Assembly: GCA_029263335.1 (NCBI GenBank)
Contig: JAJCXS010000263.1
Coordinates: 6,407-70,406, forward strand
Length of the DNA stretch: 64,000 nt
Direction: 5' to 3'
From: Acidobacteriota bacterium
GTDB taxonomy: Bacteria > Acidobacteriota > UBA890 > WLXD01
Of the stretch, positions 55,544 to 64,000 are shown one piece after another. Numbering within the stretch: the stretch's first letter is position 1; each line of letters opens with the position of its first letter. The notes beneath the pieces were generated by a model. The model was not told where the DNA came from. It ran no database searches and was given only the letters and a program-made list of their open reading frames with translations. The translations under genes and the position numbers were made by a program.

Positions 55544-57826
55544 TCAGCGACGATTGTTGTCGAATCCGAGTGATCCGACCTGAGCCAGGTTCAAAAGAAC
55601 GGCGAATTGGGTCTCGGCTCGGTCGGCGAAGTTGAGCCGCCTGACGTCCACACCGATGGAGCAACACTGGAGGTTCCACTCCAGCGATGCCGTGGAACTC
55701 CGTACCGTGTTCTGGAACACGTCCAGCTGGATCCCGGCGCCGGCGGTCAGGACATGGTCGAACAGGTCCGTCCTGGCGTTGGCGTTGACTGTGTTCTGGG
55801 TCTCCTCGACGACCACGAGGGTCAGATCGTCCGGGTCGAGGAAATCACGCACGCCGCGGAACCAGGTCAGATCCAGGCGGCTGTAGTCGGATCGCGCGCT
55901 GATACTCACACGGAAGCTGGCCGGCTTGAAATCCGGCGTGAAGCGCATGTTGCCGTCGAGCTGAAGCCTGTCGGTCGGCGTGATTCGCGACGAGATGAAC
56001 CAGGGTAGGCGAACACGCGGCGCCCCGGCCGCCTCCAGCACCTTGTTGCCCGGGTCGAGATCGTAGTTGCGGCCGAAGGTGAATTCGGCGATCTGCGACA
56101 CCATGCGCTCGTCGGCATTTCGGGTCGGGTAGCGCTTGCCGAACAGGCGCGTGGTGATTTCGGCCGTGAGCTCCTGTCGGTCGCCGCCCTGCGAGTCGAT
56201 CTCGTCGAAACGGATCACCCGATTACTGCCGTCGAAATCCAACGTGCGAATGCGCCGGTAGGTCAGTCGCGGCTGAATCAGATGTTTCATGCGCGGCGAG
56301 TACTCGCTGCCCGGATTGTCGAAGATCTTGAAGATCGACGGTCCCACCATCTCGACGCCGGTCTCGTAGAAGTTACGGAATACCGACTTGGCTTCGAATT
56401 CGTCGGTCTTGGCCAGCTCTCGCTGGCTCCACCAGGTGGATCGCCAGCGGAAGAAGGGGCTGAACGTGAGCCACGGGATCTGGGTGAGCTGTACCGATAC
56501 CTCGGGGAACGCGTCGAGGCGACTGTAACTGCCGCCTTCCTCGAAGGCCTCACCCTTGACCTCGAACCGCGACAGCTTCTGCAATCGCGCGGCGGAGGAC
56601 TGCATGCTGACGTAAAGCGGCCCGGCAGCCTGCGTACTACGCAGGCTGTAGCGTGCCATCGGCAGTTTGCGACCGACAGTCGAGTTGGTGTTCGAGTTGA
56701 ATCGCTCCGTGCTGTTGGCGACGACCGAGATGGTGCTGGCGCCCCAGCTCTTGGTGACCTCGCCGTTGATGTAGGAGCTACGCTGCAGGAAGCGGTTCAC
56801 ATCGTCCTGGAAATCGCGCGCGAACTGGGTGCTGCTGATGAAATCGGCGCCGAGCCGAATTACGAACTCTCCGGGCAGCGTCTGGTTGTGCTCGCCCGAC
56901 AGCGCGAAGCCGCTCTCGAAGGAACGCAGGCCCTCAGCCTGTTCTTCGGGGGTGCGCTCTCTGCCCGGGAAATAGTAGGCCTTCAGATTGCCGTTGGCGC
57001 TGTCGGCCAGGGTGTGTCGGAATTCGCCGCCAAAGCCGCTCCCGGCCTGAGCGAAGTGCTCGTACGTCAGGGTCAGATCGGCGGTGCGGCTGATAGCCCA
57101 GAAGAAAGCCTCGGAGAACATGAAGCCCCGGCGACTGGAACTGCCGATGGTGGGGATCATGAGCCCCGTTTGCCGTCGCTGATCCTGCAGCGGCCAGTAG
57201 ATCCATGGCAAACCGAAGACCGGCAACCCCTTCACCCGCAGGTGCGGCCACGACATCTTCATGTAGCTGCCCGGCTTGAACGTGGTCTTGCCGGAACGGA
57301 AATCCCAGATCGCGTTGGTCTGGTTACAGGGGGTGAACACGCCCCCTTCGGCCTCGAACTTGCCGGGCTCGATCTGCCGCAGCACACGGGCGCGGATGTA
57401 GAAAGGGCCGGGCGCGACGCCGATCGCGTCGTTCATTTCGAGCGTTGCGTCATCAATGTCACCGCGCATTGAGGACCCGTTCAACAGCAGGCCGCCCTGC
57501 TCGAACGAGACGTTGCCCGTGGCCTCGAAGCTGCCCTCGTCCATGTTGACGCTGATCTCATCGGCCAGCAGACGCAGGCCGCGACCGGAGTGCGAAATGT
57601 CGACATCGCCCACCATGTGCCAGAGGGCGCCCTCTACACGAATGGAGTCGTAGACGACCTCGAGGTCGTCGGCGAGCGAAGTGATGTTGGCGGCACGACC
57701 CGTCTCCTGGGCTGTCGCCGACGGCGCCACGACCCATGCTCCGATCAGACCGACGGCAGCCAACACACTCAGGCGGCGCGAACCGCAACAAGCAGCTGTG
57801 CGCAAGACTATGCCCCTGTGATGCAC
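55544..57826 (-). CDS. lptD: LPS-assembly outer-membrane protein LptD (OstA family)
   Basis: Signal peptide, N-terminal OstA-like region, large C-terminal beta-barrel. 760 aa. Confidence 0.7.
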   Translation of the reverse strand: MHHRGIVLRTAACCGSRRLSVLAAVGLIGAWVVAPSATAQETGRAANITSLADDLEVVYDSIRVEGALWHMVGDVDISHSGRGLRLLADEISVNMDEGSFEATGNVSFEQGGLLLNGSSMRGDIDDATLEMNDAIGVAPGPFYIRARVLRQIEPGKFEAEGGVFTPCNQTNAIWDFRSGKTTFKPGSYMKMSWPHLRVKGLPVFGLPWIYWPLQDQRRQTGLMIPTIGSSSRRGFMFSEAFFWAISRTADLTLTYEHFAQAGSGFGGEFRHTLADSANGNLKAYYFPGRERTPEEQAEGLRSFESGFALSGEHNQTLPGEFVIRLGADFISSTQFARDFQDDVNRFLQRSSYINGEVTKSWGASTISVVANSTERFNSNTNSTVGRKLPMARYSLRSTQAAGPLYVSMQSSAARLQKLSRFEVKGEAFEEGGSYSRLDAFPEVSVQLTQIPWLTFSPFFRWRSTWWSQRELAKTDEFEAKSVFRNFYETGVEMVGPSIFKIFDNPGSEYSPRMKHLIQPRLTYRRIRTLDFDGSNRVIRFDEIDSQGGDRQELTAEITTRLFGKRYPTRNADERMVSQIAEFTFGRNYDLDPGNKVLEAAGAPRVRLPWFISSRITPTDRLQLDGNMRFTPDFKPASFRVSISARSDYSRLDLTWFRGVRDFLDPDDLTLVVVEETQNTVNANARTDLFDHVLTAGAGIQLDVFQNTVRSSTASLEWNLQCCSIGVDVRRLNFADRAETQFAVLLNLAQVGSLGFDNNRR

Positions 57827-57843
57827 TTTGGGGGGTGAGTCGT

Positions 57844-57882
57844 CCAGGCTTCGGTTTCTCCCCCCCGGCGAACGAAGCCTGG
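57844..57882. terminator. stem-loop (10-bp arms CCAGGCTTCG/CGAAGCCTGG, 19-nt C-rich loop) between folC and lptD
   Basis: A perfect inverted repeat downstream of folC and upstream of lptD. No U-tract follows, so its role is uncertain. Confidence 0.3.
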
Positions 57883-57973
57883 CCCATTGTATGGGTTAAC
57901 GGGGTGCGCGTGCAGTAGCGTCACCCTGTCGCGGTTCGACGGGAGGGGGATGGCCCCGGGTCTGACCGTGGCT

Positions 57974-59191
57974 CTAGCCGCCAGCCTGCAGGAGCGGCCT
58001 CAGGTGGCCGAGCAGATAGAGCGAGCCAGTGAGGCAAATCGCGTCACCTTCTGCGGCGAGATCGTAGGCGGCGGCCAACGCTGCCTCCGGGTTGTCGACT
58101 GCCTGGCGGGTCTGACCGTCGGCGCTCGGTACGAGCGCCAGCAGCTCGGCCGGTTCGGCGCTGCGAACCGAGGGCACCCGCGTCGTCGTGATGGTGTCGG
58201 CGCACGGGAAAAGGTGTTCGGCGATGCCGTCGGCGTCCTTGTCATGCAGTACACCGATGACCAGGTGCAGGCGGTCGAAGCGCTTTCGATCGCGTAGTGC
58301 ATTGAGGTGGCGGGCGAGCACGGCGGCCGCGGCCGGGTTGTGGGCACCGTCCAGCAAGGCGGAGGGGCGCCCCTCGATCCACTCGCAGCGCCCCGGCAGC
58401 GACGCGCGGCGAAGTCCCGCCCAGATGGCGTCGGAGCTGATTCGCAGGCGCCGCCGATCGAGGGCCTCGGCAGCCAACACCGCACAGCGGGCGTTATCGA
58501 GCTGATGGCGCCCCGGCAAAGGGATCTCCAGGCCGCCGTAGTTGCGCAAGCGCCCCATGAGGTCGACGGCGTGGTCGTCACGCTCGTTGAGCGGGTACCG
58601 GGTGCTGTCGATCACGGTGATTCCGCGTTCGCGCGCGAGTTCCCGGATCGCGGACATGACGGCCGGCTCCTGCGGCGCGACCACCGCGATGCCTCCCGGC
58701 GGGACGACGGCGAACTTCTCGCCTGCGATGGTGCGGATGTCGTCGCCGAGCCAGTCGGTATGTTCGAGAGAGATCGGGGTAATCACCGCCACGCGGGGCG
58801 CGGTCACGTTGGTGGCGTCCAGCCGGCCGCCGAGCCCCACCTCGAGCACCGCCACATCGGCGCGCGCCTCCGCGAAGTAGCGGAACGCGACGGCGGTGAG
58901 CGTTTCGAAGTAGCTCAGGTGTTCGTGAAGTAGCCCACTGTCGACCATCACCTGTGTCGCGGTCAGGACCGCGTCCAGGTGGGATTCGAGGCCGGTACGG
59001 GAGATCGGGTGCCCGTCGATCGTGAAGCGTTCTTCGAGGTCGACAAGGTGAGGGGAGGTGTAGGCGCCCACTCGCAGCCCGGCGGCACGAGCGATCGATG
59101 CGAGCATGGCGACCGTCGATCCCTTGCCGTTGGAACCGGCGACGATGGCGGTCGGGTACGCGAGCTGCGGATTGCCCATCTGCTCGAGCAC
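57974..59191 (-). CDS. folC: bifunctional folylpolyglutamate synthase/dihydrofolate synthase
   Basis: Mur-ligase fold (…LLEQMGNPQLAYPTAIVAGSNGKGST…). Start is a GTG; no upstream ATG/GTG/TTG in frame. Confidence 0.75.
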   Translation of the reverse strand: MLEQMGNPQLAYPTAIVAGSNGKGSTVAMLASIARAAGLRVGAYTSPHLVDLEERFTIDGHPISRTGLESHLDAVLTATQVMVDSGLLHEHLSYFETLTAVAFRYFAEARADVAVLEVGLGGRLDATNVTAPRVAVITPISLEHTDWLGDDIRTIAGEKFAVVPPGGIAVVAPQEPAVMSAIRELARERGITVIDSTRYPLNERDDHAVDLMGRLRNYGGLEIPLPGRHQLDNARCAVLAAEALDRRRLRISSDAIWAGLRRASLPGRCEWIEGRPSALLDGAHNPAAAAVLARHLNALRDRKRFDRLHLVIGVLHDKDADGIAEHLFPCADTITTTRVPSVRSAEPAELLALVPSADGQTRQAVDNPEAALAAAYDLAAEGDAICLTGSLYLLGHLRPLLQAGG

Positions 59192-59268
59192 GGCCCGGAT
59201 TCTGTCGAGCCCGGGTCGAATGGCATCCGGCCCGAGTTGTTGCAGCCGTTCGCGTGGCGGCGGGGTAG

Positions 59269-60165
59269 TCAGGATGTCGCCTGTTCGGCCGCGGCCGTGA
59301 CGGCTGCGACACTCGCCGCAGTCTTGCCGGTGAGGTGCCGCAGGGTGGTGGCCAGCGTAGCCTTGAGTTCGCTCCGCGGCACGACCATATCGAGCATTCC
59401 GTGTTCGAGCAGAAACTCGCTACGCTGGAACCCCTCGGGCAGCTTTTCGCGGATCGTCTGTTCGATCACCCGCGGTCCGGCAAAGCCGATCAGTGCCCGC
59501 GGTTCGGCGACGTTCACGTCGCCGAGCATCGCGTACGAGGCCGTCACGCCCCCGGTCGTGGGGTCGGTAAGTACCGAGATGAACGGAATCCCCGCGGCCC
59601 GCAGTCGGCCCAGAGCAGCGGAGATTTTGGCCATCTGCATGAGCGACTGCGCACCTTCCTGCATGCGCGCCCCGCCGGAACACGAGACCACGATCAATGG
59701 CACCCGGCGCTCGGTTGCCCGCTCCGCGGCGCGAGCGATCTTCTCGCCAACGACGGATCCCATCGAGCCACCCATGAAGGAGTACTCCATGACGGCCATG
59801 ACGACCTCGAGGTCGTGCAGCCTGGCGTCGGCGGTGATGACGGCATCCTTGAGACCGGTCCGCTCCTGGTACTGGGCGAGTCGCTCCGTGTAGCGCTTTT
59901 GATCGCGAAACTGGAGTCGATCCACCGGGGCCAGTTCGGCACCGAACTCCGTCCACGTGCCGTTGTCGCAGAGCGACGCCAGCCGTTCGTTTGCGGATAT
60001 GCGAAAGTGATAGCCGCACTTCGGACAGACGCTTGCGTTCCGCAGGATCTCCTTGCGGTAGACGATCTCCCTACAGTTGTTGCACTTGGTCCATAGGCCC
60101 GCTGTGTCGAGTTCGCGGTCACCCACGGGCCGCTTGGCGCGACGTTGCTTACGAAACCAGGACAT
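59269..60165 (-). CDS. accD: acetyl-CoA carboxylase carboxyltransferase beta subunit
   Basis: N-terminal Zn ribbon (CNNC…CPKC) plus a carboxyltransferase domain. Conserved accD-folC adjacency. Confidence 0.85.
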   Translation of the reverse strand: MSWFRKQRRAKRPVGDRELDTAGLWTKCNNCREIVYRKEILRNASVCPKCGYHFRISANERLASLCDNGTWTEFGAELAPVDRLQFRDQKRYTERLAQYQERTGLKDAVITADARLHDLEVVMAVMEYSFMGGSMGSVVGEKIARAAERATERRVPLIVVSCSGGARMQEGAQSLMQMAKISAALGRLRAAGIPFISVLTDPTTGGVTASYAMLGDVNVAEPRALIGFAGPRVIEQTIREKLPEGFQRSEFLLEHGMLDMVVPRSELKATLATTLRHLTGKTAASVAAVTAAAEQATS

Positions 60166-60299
60166 ACCGAAGTGAGGCTGAAGGGAAGATGGGGGGTCGG
60201 CGATGCAAGGCCGAAACCGCAGTGGGAGAGCAGAGATCGTACTTAGCGTTCCAGAATGGCGTCAACCAACGCCGTGACGGCCGACTGGAGACGAGGTCC

Positions 60300-61346
60300 A
60301 TGATCCAACCGATTGTCTTCCGTGACAACACCCTGAGGTTACTCGATCAGCGACGGTTACCTGCCCGCGAGGAGTGGTTGGAGCTTACCGACCCGCAGCA
60401 GGTGATCGATGCCATCCGTGATCTGGTGGTGCGCGGCGCACCGGCGATCGGTGTCACAGCTGCCTACGGGCTTGTTCTGGGCGCCGGTCGGCTGCGGGAG
60501 AGTCGCCCTGAATTCGACCAGGACTTCGCCGCGCTGTGCGACCGCATGACCGTCGCCAGGCCGACGGCGGTGAACCTCGCCTGGGCCGTGCGGCGCATGC
60601 AGGCGGTGGTGGCGGAACACCCGGAGGCCGCGGTGTTGGCTCTGCGCGCGGCGCTGCTCGACGAAGCGTGTGCGATGCAGGTCGCGGATGTCGAAGCCAA
60701 CCGGGCGCTCGGGCACCACGGCGCGACATTGTTGAGCGACGGCGCCACGGTGCTGACCCACTGCAATGCCGGGGCGTTGGCGACCGCCGGTTATGGCACT
60801 GCTCTTGGCGTGGTGCGGGCTGCCGTCGAGCTGGGCAAGTCGATTCGGGTGATTGCCGACGAGACGCGCCCCTACCTGCAGGGGGCGCGGTTGACCGCCT
60901 GGGAGCTACAGCGTGATGACATCCCGTGCACGGTGATCACCGACAGCATGTCGGGGCACCTGATGCAGCGGGGTGCAGTGGACGCCGTGGTCGTGGGTGC
61001 CGACCGCATCGCTGCAAATGGCGATGTCGCCAACAAGATCGGCACCTACATGGTGGCGGTGCTGGCACGCGAGAACGGGATTCCGTTCTACGTGGCAGCG
61101 CCGACCAGCACCATCGACCTCGAGTTGGCGACCGGAGCCGAGATTCCGATCGAGGAGCGCGACGGCGAGGAGGTCCTGGTGATAGGCGATCAGCGCATGG
61201 CCCCGGAAGGTGTGCCGGCCGCGTATCCCGCCTTCGACATCACGCCTGCGCATCTGGTGGACGCGATCATTACCGAGACGGGTGTCGCCAGGGGCCCCTA
61301 CGACACGTCGCTGCGCGCTTGCTGCACGGCGACCGAGGGCGGCTAA
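60300..61346 (+). CDS. mtnA: S-methyl-5-thioribose-1-phosphate isomerase (eIF-2B alpha/beta/delta-like)
   Basis: ATG at 60300 with GGAG upstream. Motifs GAPAIGVTAAYGL, CNAGALAT, ADRIAANGDVANKIGTY. The track ORF is 5' over-extended. Confidence 0.7.
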   Translation: MIQPIVFRDNTLRLLDQRRLPAREEWLELTDPQQVIDAIRDLVVRGAPAIGVTAAYGLVLGAGRLRESRPEFDQDFAALCDRMTVARPTAVNLAWAVRRMQAVVAEHPEAAVLALRAALLDEACAMQVADVEANRALGHHGATLLSDGATVLTHCNAGALATAGYGTALGVVRAAVELGKSIRVIADETRPYLQGARLTAWELQRDDIPCTVITDSMSGHLMQRGAVDAVVVGADRIAANGDVANKIGTYMVAVLARENGIPFYVAAPTSTIDLELATGAEIPIEERDGEEVLVIGDQRMAPEGVPAAYPAFDITPAHLVDAIITETGVARGPYDTSLRACCTATEGG

Positions 61347-61349
61347 CAG

Positions 61350-62366
61350 GTGATCGTCCTCGGGATCGAGACGTCGTGCGACGATACCGGCGTTGCGGTG
61401 GTTCGGGATGGCCACGAGATTCTCGCCAATCTCGTCTCGAGCCAGCCTGAACACGCCCGCTTCGGCGGCGTGGTCCCCGAAATCGCCGCCCGCAAACACG
61501 TCGAGGTGTTGCCGGCGATGTTGCAAGCGGCGCTCGAGCGCGCGCAGGTAGATCTCGACGACCTGGATGGCGTGGCGGTGACACGTGGTCCCGGCCTCAT
61601 CGGCGCGTTGCTGGCGGGGTGGTGCTTTGGTCGTGGTCTGGCGCAGGCTCGCGGGCTGCCGTACGTCGGCGTGCATCACCTGGCGGCCCACGTGCACGGT
61701 GCGCTGATGCCCGCTCTGGCGGCGGCAGAAGCGGTGCGGTATCCGCTTACCGCGCTGGTCGTGTCCGGCGGGCACACGGCTCTGTACCGGGTAACTGCGG
61801 CCGATACGTTCGTGCCGCTGGGGCAGACGCGCGACGACGCTGCGGGGGAAGCATTCGACAAGGTGGCCAAGCTACTGGAGCTGGGCTATCCGGGCGGGCC
61901 GATCATCGATCGGCTGGCGACCCAGGGGAATGCCGACGCCTGGCAGCTGCCGCGTTCCGACCTGGGCCTCGACTTTACATTCTCCGGCCTCAAGGCGGCC
62001 GTTCGCCGGCTGGCGATCGAGCAGAAGATCGACCCGGGCAACGCCAGCGACGGGCGCATTCGCGACATCGCGGCTGCGTTTCAGGCAGCCGTGATCGACA
62101 TGCTCGCGGCCACCACCGAGAGGGCCCTGGAGGAGTTCTCCAGCGAGGGGGTCGTGCTGTGCGGTGGTGTGGCAGCCAACCGCGCCTTGAGGGCCCGCTT
62201 CGCCGCCCTGGCCCAACGCCGAGCGCTGCCGCTGTACGTCTCGCCGCCACCGCTGGCGACCGACAACGGAGCCATGATCGCGGGTGCGGGGCATCGTCGC
62301 ATCAGTTTGGGGGACTTCGATCCCCTGGAGCTCGCCGCGCGCTCTACCTGGCCGCTCGGTAGCTAA
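61350..62366 (+). CDS. tsaD: tRNA N6-adenosine threonylcarbamoyltransferase
   Basis: MIVLGIETSCDDTGVAVV…VGVHHLAAH… (Kae1/TsaD). Confidence 0.85.
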   Translation: MIVLGIETSCDDTGVAVVRDGHEILANLVSSQPEHARFGGVVPEIAARKHVEVLPAMLQAALERAQVDLDDLDGVAVTRGPGLIGALLAGWCFGRGLAQARGLPYVGVHHLAAHVHGALMPALAAAEAVRYPLTALVVSGGHTALYRVTAADTFVPLGQTRDDAAGEAFDKVAKLLELGYPGGPIIDRLATQGNADAWQLPRSDLGLDFTFSGLKAAVRRLAIEQKIDPGNASDGRIRDIAAAFQAAVIDMLAATTERALEEFSSEGVVLCGGVAANRALRARFAALAQRRALPLYVSPPPLATDNGAMIAGAGHRRISLGDFDPLELAARSTWPLGS

Positions 62367-62461
62367 CCGGTGGTCACCAGTTGCCACGCTAGCGGTACGC
62401 TGAGCAGAGGTTCGCATACCCGCTGGTACAATGAGACATTGTCGTTCGCCCCTGCCAGGCC

Positions 62462-63121
62462 GTGAATCCGATGCACAAGTCCACACTGCGCGAGTACGTC
62501 GAGTCGATTCTCATCGCGGCGATTCTCGCGTTGTTCATTCGGACCTTCGTCTTTCAGGCCTTCAAGATTCCGACCGGCTCGATGGAGCCGAATCTGCTCG
62601 TTGGCGACCACATCGTCGTGAACAAGTTCATGTTTGGCGCCGGCGGTGATGACAGCTGGCTGGTACCGATGCGTCCGATCGAGCGCGGCGACGTAGTGGT
62701 CTTTCGCGCGCCCGAGCAGCCCGACGAAGACTTCATCAAGCGTGTCGTGGCGGTGGGGGGCGACAAGATCGAGATTGCCGACGGTGTGGTGCGAGTCAAT
62801 GACGAAGTCGTTGACGAGCCCTATGCCCACCATTCGTCGAGCTTTGGCAGCCGGCGCAACTATGGGCCCTTCCATGTGCCCGACGGACACTATTTCTGCC
62901 TGGGCGACAACCGCGACAATAGTCGCGACTCGAGATATTGGGGAACGGTGCCGCGGCACCTGGTCAAGGGGCGTGCGGTGATGGTGTACTGGTCGTACGA
63001 CGTTCCGTCGTTCAGCCACTACGGTGGCTCGATGGCGCAGGGCTGGGCCGACTTCGCCAGGTCGTTGCCGGCCTACTTGACCGAAACAAGGTGGGCTCGA
63101 ACCTTCACGATGATTCGCTGA
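62462..63121 (+). CDS. lepB: signal peptidase I
   Basis: N-terminal TM, catalytic Ser region (IPTGSMEPNL) and Lys region (KRVVAVGGD). Confidence 0.8.
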   Translation: MNPMHKSTLREYVESILIAAILALFIRTFVFQAFKIPTGSMEPNLLVGDHIVVNKFMFGAGGDDSWLVPMRPIERGDVVVFRAPEQPDEDFIKRVVAVGGDKIEIADGVVRVNDEVVDEPYAHHSSSFGSRRNYGPFHVPDGHYFCLGDNRDNSRDSRYWGTVPRHLVKGRAVMVYWSYDVPSFSHYGGSMAQGWADFARSLPAYLTETRWARTFTMIR

Positions 63122-63137
63122 CGATGTTGGGGGCCAG

Positions 63138-63551
63138 ATGAGAAGGAACAAGTTCGGGCGCGAAGACAGCACGTCGACGGGATGGCGCGGCGACAGCGGC
63201 AAGACGAATGTCGGTGCCCTCCTGGCGATTCTGGTGCTGGTAGGCGGCGTTTACCTGGGCATGAAGTTCGTGCCGACGCGCGCCTCCGCGTACCGCTTTG
63301 ATGACACCGTTCGTGAACAGGTCGTCTATGCGGGTGCGCGGCGTCGCAAGATGGGGGACGAGGAGGTCATGCGCAACCTGATGATGCGCGCCGAAGAACT
63401 CGGTCTGCCGATCAGCAAGCGCAACGTCCGGATTACGCGCCGCTCCAAGACCATTCGCATCCAGGTCGCGTATAGGGTCCCGATCGAGCTGCCGTTCGAC
63501 AACACCTACGAGTGGACGTTCATCTCCGACCACGAGGGGCCTTCGTTCTGA
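63138..63551 (+). CDS. hypothetical membrane-anchored protein
   Basis: Single N-terminal TM (ALLAILVLVGGVYLGM), then a ~95-aa soluble domain. Confidence 0.4.
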   Translation: MRRNKFGREDSTSTGWRGDSGKTNVGALLAILVLVGGVYLGMKFVPTRASAYRFDDTVREQVVYAGARRRKMGDEEVMRNLMMRAEELGLPISKRNVRITRRSKTIRIQVAYRVPIELPFDNTYEWTFISDHEGPSF

Positions 63552-63573
63552 GGCGCCGAAGCACCACAGGCTG

Positions 63574-63867
63574 CTAGAGACGGGCGGCGACGTCGAACAG
63601 CGAACGCACCAGGAAGCCCCGCAGGAAGACGATTACCAGCAGCAGGATCATTGGCGACAGGTCGAGGCCGCTGTAGATCCCTACGCGCCTCCGGATCGGT
63701 CGCAGGACGGGCTCGGTGGTCTGATAGAGGAGTTGCACGATCGGGTTGTGTGGGTCGGCGCTGACCCACGACAGGATGATGCGCGCGAAGATCAGCAGCG
63801 TGTACAGCCCCAACGCCATGTCGAGGATGGTGGCTGTGGTGGCGATAAGATTGCTCAGGACGAACAT
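63574..63867 (-). CDS. yggT: YggT-family membrane protein
   Basis: Two-TM YggT/Ycf19-like sequence (…LLIFARIILSWV…). Confidence 0.65.
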   Translation of the reverse strand: MFVLSNLIATTATILDMALGLYTLLIFARIILSWVSADPHNPIVQLLYQTTEPVLRPIRRRVGIYSGLDLSPMILLLVIVFLRGFLVRSLFDVAARL

Positions 63868-63930
63868 CGTGGGCCTACTTTCTCATAGCGGCCCCGTCTT
63901 GCGGGGCACGGTTCAAACTTCCAAGTTGGG

Positions 63931-64000
63931 CTACTGCCGCTGAACTCTGGGTCCGAAGATCGTGGTGCCGACACGAACGATGGTGGCACCCTCCTCGATA
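63931..64000 (-). CDS. C-terminal end of a YggS-family PLP-binding protein (partial, runs off window)
   Basis: The reverse-strand translation …IEEGATIVRVGTTIFGPRVQRQ* matches the conserved YggS C-terminus. It is adjacent to yggT, as is common. Confidence 0.4.
   Translation of the reverse strand, partial: IEEGATIVRVGTTIFGPRVQRQ

Noticed and set aside
1-64000. CRISPR arrays, rRNA or tRNA genes
   Set aside because: No short direct-repeat/spacer periodicity and no tRNA-like conserved arms (e.g. GTTCGAATC) or rRNA-like conserved stretches were seen. The intergenic regions are short, except 17143..17348 and 4087..4499, which show neither.

Overview
This is a high-GC (~68%) segment of a Gram-negative chromosome. 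The gene content (PadR plus permease-prefix protein, a conserved N-terminal module fused to vWA domains, large M14 peptidases, LptD) looks Acidobacteria/Gemmatimonadetes-like. The window has three parts.

(1) 1-20 kb is accessory-like.
- A TlpA-like thiol-disulfide oxidoreductase is translationally coupled to an NHL-repeat beta-propeller lipoprotein.
- Two decayed copies of one IS3-family element lie in direct orientation. They bracket a small Cys-rich secreted-peptide gene and abut remnants of vWA/TPR genes.
- A VOC/HxlR regulator pair and a PadR regulator with a membrane partner follow.
- HipBA and VapBC toxin-antitoxin modules sit side by side.
- Two more NHL-propeller lipoprotein paralogs each lie next to a large exported vWA(-TPR) protein. 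All of these vWA proteins share a distinctive N-terminal 'FRS' module.

(2) 20-33 kb is an envelope/secreted-protein block: threonine-dehydratase-like PLP enzyme, YHS-like protein, CPBP protease, TPR-propeller lipoprotein, S1 protease, 924-aa M14 carboxypeptidase, two unknown membrane/secreted proteins, SLC13/TrkA-C permease, zinc-ribbon protein, PgeF.

(3) 33-64 kb is core. It holds a complete division/cell-wall cluster on the minus strand (mraZ-rsmH-ftsL-ftsI-murE-murF-mraY-murD-ftsW-murG-murC-murB-ftsQ-ftsA-ftsZ, no ddl) followed by a B12-binding radical SAM gene. Then come htpX, an epimerase with no evident start codon, lptD, folC-accD, mtnA, tsaD, lepB, yggT and a partial yggS.

No rRNA, tRNA or CRISPR array was recognised.

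The most system-like signal is the three-fold NHL-propeller / FRS-vWA-TPR gene pairing. One instance is degraded by IS activity, and one is coupled to the redoxin.
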